Source of the DNA: an uncultured bacterium
Lineage (GTDB): Bacteria > Zixibacteria > MSB-5A5 > JAABVY01 > JAHJOQ01
Direction: 5' to 3'
NCBI GenBank assembly: GCA_965369655.1
Contig: CBDUQR010000001.1
Location: forward strand, 32,001 to 96,000
DNA length: 64,000 nucleotides
Positions 61,269-64,000 of this stretch are shown here, one piece after another. The position numbers and the translations under genes were made by a program. The notes beneath the pieces were generated by a model that worked only from the letters and a program-made list of their open reading frames with translations, was not told where the DNA came from and made no database searches. Within the stretch, counting starts at the first letter, position 1. Each line of letters starts with the position of its first letter.

Positions 61269-62728
61269 CGCGGAAGGTCTCCATAGTCACGCCATCCGAA
61301 ATAATTGGTGAGAAAATCAGCATAGCAGCCGCAGCGAATGGCGTCGAGGTGACGCTCTTTTCATCGTCGTCCGAATACCTCGCATCACCGTGGTCGACAG
61401 CGCAGAGTTTCACACTGATCGATTTCTCCGGCTGCGAATCCGACCTTGCTCCGCTGCTGCGAACAATCCTAAAGCAGCATTTTCGGACGCCTGTCTATCT
61501 TTTCAATGTCCCTCCCGATTACTCGATGCCCGACTCGATGAAGTTAGCAATCTCGGGCAGTTTCGAGTCTGGCCGATCAGCCGAGCAGATTCTGTCTCTG
61601 CTCTCGGATCACGACAGATTACTGGGAATCCTCGATTCGGAGGGCATTTGTGGCCACTCCGCACAGCTTATCGAGGCTGCTCAGACAATGGAGCAGGTCG
61701 CTGCCAGCGATGCTACTGTGCTGATCGGCGGCGAGAGCGGAACAGGCAAAGAAATGTTCGCGCGGGCGATTCACTCTTTGAGCGCGAGGAAATCGAAGCC
61801 GTTTATTCCGGTCAACTGTGGCGCGATCGCCGAGGGTCTGATCGAAAGCGAACTGTTCGGTCACGAGAAGGGATCATTTACGGGCGCGAGTTCGTTGCGC
61901 AGGGGATACTTCGAGACTGCCGACGGCGGAACGCTTTTCCTCGACGAAATCGGTGAGATAAAACCTGATGTTCAGGTACGGCTTCTTCGTGTTCTTGATC
62001 AGCGAAGCTTCATGCGCGTCGGCGGAACCGAGCAGATATCTGTCGATATTCGCCTAATCGCAGCATCGAACAAAGACTTGAGACTCCTGACGGATGAAGG
62101 TCGGTTCCGCGAGGATTTGTATTACAGGCTGTCAGTAGTGTCGCTCATGACGACTCCACTCCGCGAGCGTCCGGTTGACATAATGCCGCTCGTAATGAAA
62201 TTCCTTGCTGACAGGGGCAGGGAGGATTTTACCGTCGAGCCGGATGCAGTCGAACTTCTGTTGCGGTATAGCTGGCCCGGCAATGTGAGAGAACTGAGGA
62301 ATTTCGTCGAGTCGACACTCGTGACACTCCACGACAATCGGATATCAGCTTCGGCGGTATCACGATTCGTAGGTGCGCAGACGCGATCGAACAGGCAGCT
62401 TCCGGTAGCTACCGGCCGTTCGCGACAGGATGCGGATTTTCAGTTGATCTATCAGGCACTCCTGAATCTCGCGCAGGAAGTGGCGGGGTTGAGGAATGTG
62501 ATCCTCGGCAGAATCGAGACGGAAGACGCGCGGGAATCGGATGCGGGTCTGTCCGATGCTTCAGAGGTTCCGTCACAATCCATCGTCGGGTCGCTTCAGG
62601 AGATGGAGCGGGAGATGATCGAGAAGACGCTGAGTCAGGTCAGCGGCAACAGGAGAAAAGCCGCAGAACTGCTCGGTATCGGGCAGAGGACACTGTATCG
62701 CAAAATCAAGGAATATGACTTGAGATAG
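61265..62728 (+). CDS. sigma54-dependent enhancer-binding protein (AAA+, Fis-type HTH)
   Basis: GESGTGKE, ESELFGHEKGSFTGA, FLDEIGE, WPGNVREL, TLYRK. Confidence 0.93.
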   Translation: MTRKVSIVTPSEIIGEKISIAAAANGVEVTLFSSSSEYLASPWSTAQSFTLIDFSGCESDLAPLLRTILKQHFRTPVYLFNVPPDYSMPDSMKLAISGSFESGRSAEQILSLLSDHDRLLGILDSEGICGHSAQLIEAAQTMEQVAASDATVLIGGESGTGKEMFARAIHSLSARKSKPFIPVNCGAIAEGLIESELFGHEKGSFTGASSLRRGYFETADGGTLFLDEIGEIKPDVQVRLLRVLDQRSFMRVGGTEQISVDIRLIAASNKDLRLLTDEGRFREDLYYRLSVVSLMTTPLRERPVDIMPLVMKFLADRGREDFTVEPDAVELLLRYSWPGNVRELRNFVESTLVTLHDNRISASAVSRFVGAQTRSNRQLPVATGRSRQDADFQLIYQALLNLAQEVAGLRNVILGRIETEDARESDAGLSDASEVPSQSIVGSLQEMEREMIEKTLSQVSGNRRKAAELLGIGQRTLYRKIKEYDLR

Positions 62729-62747
62729 ATGAAGAGGTGCGTCCGAC

Positions 62748-64000
62748 ATGAGGACCATAAGGGTCTGCCAGTGCATATTGATCGCGGTGATCTTAGTGGC
62801 ATTGCCGCAGGATCGGCTCCATGGTCAGCTCTTAACGGAATACGTCTTCCCGGATTATGAAACGCTCGAATGGTTGTACGAATCGGGGCAAATCGATCAG
62901 GATGAGTTCGACAGGTGGAGTGAGCTTTTCCTGGATTCGTTGCCTCACTCAATCGATAGTCTCGATTCGGCGCTCATCGGGGAAACGCCGCCTATCGTCA
63001 CCCGATCCAGACCCACCGCGTACAGAGTCGATTACAAAGCATACCAGAGAGCAGACGAGTCTGACCCATACTGGCATCTGATACGAATTCAGTCGAGAAA
63101 GAACCCTGGCATCTACGGCGATCTGACCGCCGAGAAACTGAGTGACGGCAGCTTTGCACTCAGGAATCGCATGATCGGCTGGTCGGACGGTTCATTGACG
63201 ATTGAGTTGGGCGGTGTCGATCTGGTCTGGTGCGGAGGGCTTGTAGCCGGAAGGCATCCTATACTGTTGAAAAAAGGCGACAGATCGAGGACCGCACTCT
63301 ATCCCTTGAAATCAAGATTTAACGGGCTGCTCGTACAAACTGCGCACGGGAATCTGACGGTCGCCACACTCGCATCCTACGATCAGGGAGATCAATTTTC
63401 ATCGTCTGCCTTTGGCGGAGATATTACATATAGCATTGGAAAGAGTATTATCGAGGCTTCCATTCTAAGTGGAAGAATCAGGAATATCGATGATGGTCGT
63501 ATCGCAAACATAATCGCATTCGGGACCGGTGCCGGCATCGTGCGCAGGAATTCATTTGCTGCGAGACTGAACACGTCGTTTGACAGTGATGGCGACGGCG
63601 CTTTTCTGGTCAGCCTGTTCTCAGCGAGACGCCAACACTCTGTCCGCGTCTGGCGCTACGACAGAGATTACACCAATCCATTTGGAGCCGGAAGAGCTAA
63701 TCCCGATACGCGCCCAGTGGAACTCGATGAAATCGACCTCGAATACAGGTCACGGTACGCTGACGAAACCGGAATCCAGACCAGAAGTCTTCTGCCGTTC
63801 TCGACTTATTCAATGCTGGTCGAATCGAACTGGTGGAGATCGGGAGTCACCGAGAAATACCGGGCCAGGCTCACGCACATATTCAAAGCGAACGACCGCA
63901 ATCGCCTTAAACTGACTCTCCTATCCGGCGACGATGACCTTGGTCAAACAGGATTCGACATCTACACAGCGCACCTGCAATACCGCAATACAGGCATATC
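62748..64000 (+). CDS. Secreted/outer-membrane hypothetical protein (partial, runs off window)
   Basis: Open frame from ATG 62748 (MRTIRVCQCILIAVILVALP...) to window end; signal-like N-terminus, beta-rich body. Confidence 0.65.
   Translation, partial: MRTIRVCQCILIAVILVALPQDRLHGQLLTEYVFPDYETLEWLYESGQIDQDEFDRWSELFLDSLPHSIDSLDSALIGETPPIVTRSRPTAYRVDYKAYQRADESDPYWHLIRIQSRKNPGIYGDLTAEKLSDGSFALRNRMIGWSDGSLTIELGGVDLVWCGGLVAGRHPILLKKGDRSRTALYPLKSRFNGLLVQTAHGNLTVATLASYDQGDQFSSSAFGGDITYSIGKSIIEASILSGRIRNIDDGRIANIIAFGTGAGIVRRNSFAARLNTSFDSDGDGAFLVSLFSARRQHSVRVWRYDRDYTNPFGAGRANPDTRPVELDEIDLEYRSRYADETGIQTRSLLPFSTYSMLVESNWWRSGVTEKYRARLTHIFKANDRNRLKLTLLSGDDDLGQTGFDIYTAHLQYRNTGI

Overview
Bacterial chromosomal window from a diderm of moderate GC. 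Gene content (lptBCFG, rpoN-hpf-hprK, a DUF5686-type outer-membrane protein, PEP-CTERM proteins) is compatible with an FCB-group or candidate-phylum organism such as Zixibacteria; this is inference only. Core content: an 11-subunit complex I-like operon (nuoABCDHIJKLMN, no nuoEFG) with a Rex-like operator, trailed by DUF502 and a PTS EIIA-CBS fusion; an ERCC4/XPF-like nuclease; tsaD, nfi, birA; a porin-MCP-cheW operon with a candidate sigma28 promoter; lptC-lptB-rpoN-hpf-hprK; rubrerythrin and rubredoxin (the latter absent from the ORF track); lptFG, yhaM, mreB, rnr and a sigma54 enhancer-binding protein. Most notable observations: (1) a small AT-rich gene with a HEPN-like RxxxxH motif flanked by an exact 18-bp direct repeat that is half of a GTAG-type REP hairpin, plus other lone AT-rich defence-like genes beside REP hairpins, a possible REP-targeted gene-cassette system; (2) an unannotated ~165-nt element with a four-way-junction fold downstream of tsaD; (3) three sigma54 promoters within ~2 kb driving small Cys-rich/unknown proteins and two tandem PEP-CTERM paralogs; (4) an internally deleted TIGR02757-like gene remnant. 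All family calls come from motif recognition by eye; no searches were run.
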